This document shows positions 62,924 through 64,000 of a DNA stretch of 64,000 nt, piece by piece. Both the position numbers and the translations under genes were made by a program. How positions within the stretch are numbered: the first letter of the stretch is position 1; the number at the start of each line of letters is the position of its first letter. This DNA is from Octopus sinensis (Eukaryota), in the NCBI RefSeq assembly GCF_006345805.1, contig NC_043004.1, positions 64,294,001 to 64,358,000 of the forward strand. Direction: 5' to 3'. The notes under the pieces were generated by a model, which saw nothing but the letters and a program-made list of their open reading frames with translations, ran no database searches and was not told where the DNA came from.

Positions 62924-63654
62924 AATATATATATACATGCATGCATATAGATACATCGATGCATGTACTCATAGATACACAGTCATGTGTGAAAGTATAT
63001 ATATTCTGAATATGGAAATACAAATACACACACACACACACTTCTGACATATTTTTGTTGACCTAAAAATCCTATCTGTCAAAAGTCAGATATTTAACGA
63101 AAACGTGAACTTCTAAGGATGAACTCTGCATCTTCATCCTTACTTCTCATTCAAAGAATTTGTCAGAGAACACCAAGAATGCATTTGAAACCCCTTTAAT
63201 AGCCATATAGGGATCACCAACCCATTAGTCATGATCCTTATATCTTTGGTAAACAGTTGATTCCCTTTGGTACCCCCATGCTTCTATTATTCATTTGTAT
63301 GGTGGGGGGGGGTTTCTCCGTTTTTTTTATTATTTTTTATTATTTCCTATGTTTGTTTATTTACATTTTTTAAATCTTATTTTGTTTATCTTTGTGAACC
63401 TGGTTCACACAGTTTAGTTATTTCTGGAATTTGCCAAAAAGTTTCAAAAGTGTTTTGAAGATTTGATCTGAATAACATATATCTGTTCCTTTCCTCAATC
63501 GTTTTTACTTCTGTTATTTCATGCTAGCATGGGTTAAATGAATACCTTATTATGAGGCATTGCTTCACAGCTAAATATCCTAAATGTTTCATGGCTAATT
63601 GATCACACACAAGTATAATTGCATTCTATATTTCATACTCATATATACTCTTTT

Positions 63655-63858
63655 AATTGTTTCAGTCATTTGACTGTGGCTATGCTGGAGCAGCACCTTT
63701 AGTTGAGCAAATCAACCCCAGGACTTAATCCTTGTAAGCCTAGTACTTATTCTGTCGGTCTCTTTTGCCGAACTGCTAGGTTATGGAGACGTAAACACAT
63801 CACCATTGGTTGTCAAGCAATGTTGGGGGGACAAACACACACAGACACACAAACATTT

Positions 63859-63891
<33 letters not shown>

Positions 63892-64000
63892 ATACGACAG
63901 GCTTCTTTCAGTTTCTGTCTACCAAATCCACACACAAGGCTTTGGTCGGCCCGAGGCTATAGTAGAAGACACTTGCCCAAAGTGCCACACAGTGGAACTG
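63655..64000 (-). mobile_element. SINE family A copy, cut by the window edge
   Basis: Reverse-complement match. Confidence 0.9.

Noticed and set aside
1755-63458. Most ORFs in the supplied track (YI-, CV-, HT-, poly-I/N/D/V/L/T-rich)
   Set aside because: They are translations of di- and trinucleotide microsatellites or antisense SINE sequence, with no domain content.

Overview
Very AT-rich, repeat-saturated eukaryotic DNA. The repeat inventory suggests a coleoid cephalopod (Octopus-like) intron or intergenic region; this is an inference, not a database result. No host protein-coding gene can be called with confidence, and nearly all long ORFs in the track are microsatellite read-throughs. 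The real coding signal is all transposon-derived and decayed: a Helitron PIF1 helicase fragment with terminal hairpin/CTAG motifs (11.5-14.6 kb), two Neptune-type Penelope-like retroelements (PLEs; 22.1-23.3 kb and 28.9-32.5 kb), an internally deleted mariner (32.7-33.6 kb), and RTE, CR1/L2, L1/Tx1-like and RLE-type LINE fragments. Dozens of SINE-like copies fall into about five families (my working labels A-E), alongside MITE-like palindromes and micro/minisatellites. The most interesting signal is a set of minimal type I hammerhead-ribozyme-like motifs in several unrelated repeat contexts. The best one (52011-52095, minus strand) keeps CUGAUGA, GAAAC, a GUA cleavage triplet and all three stems. 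Another family (E) appears to be a tRNA-headed SINE carrying a PLE-type hammerhead module. SINE and LINE boundaries are approximate (about +/-10-20 nt, more for old LINE fragments). All folding was done by eye and needs computational and biochemical confirmation.
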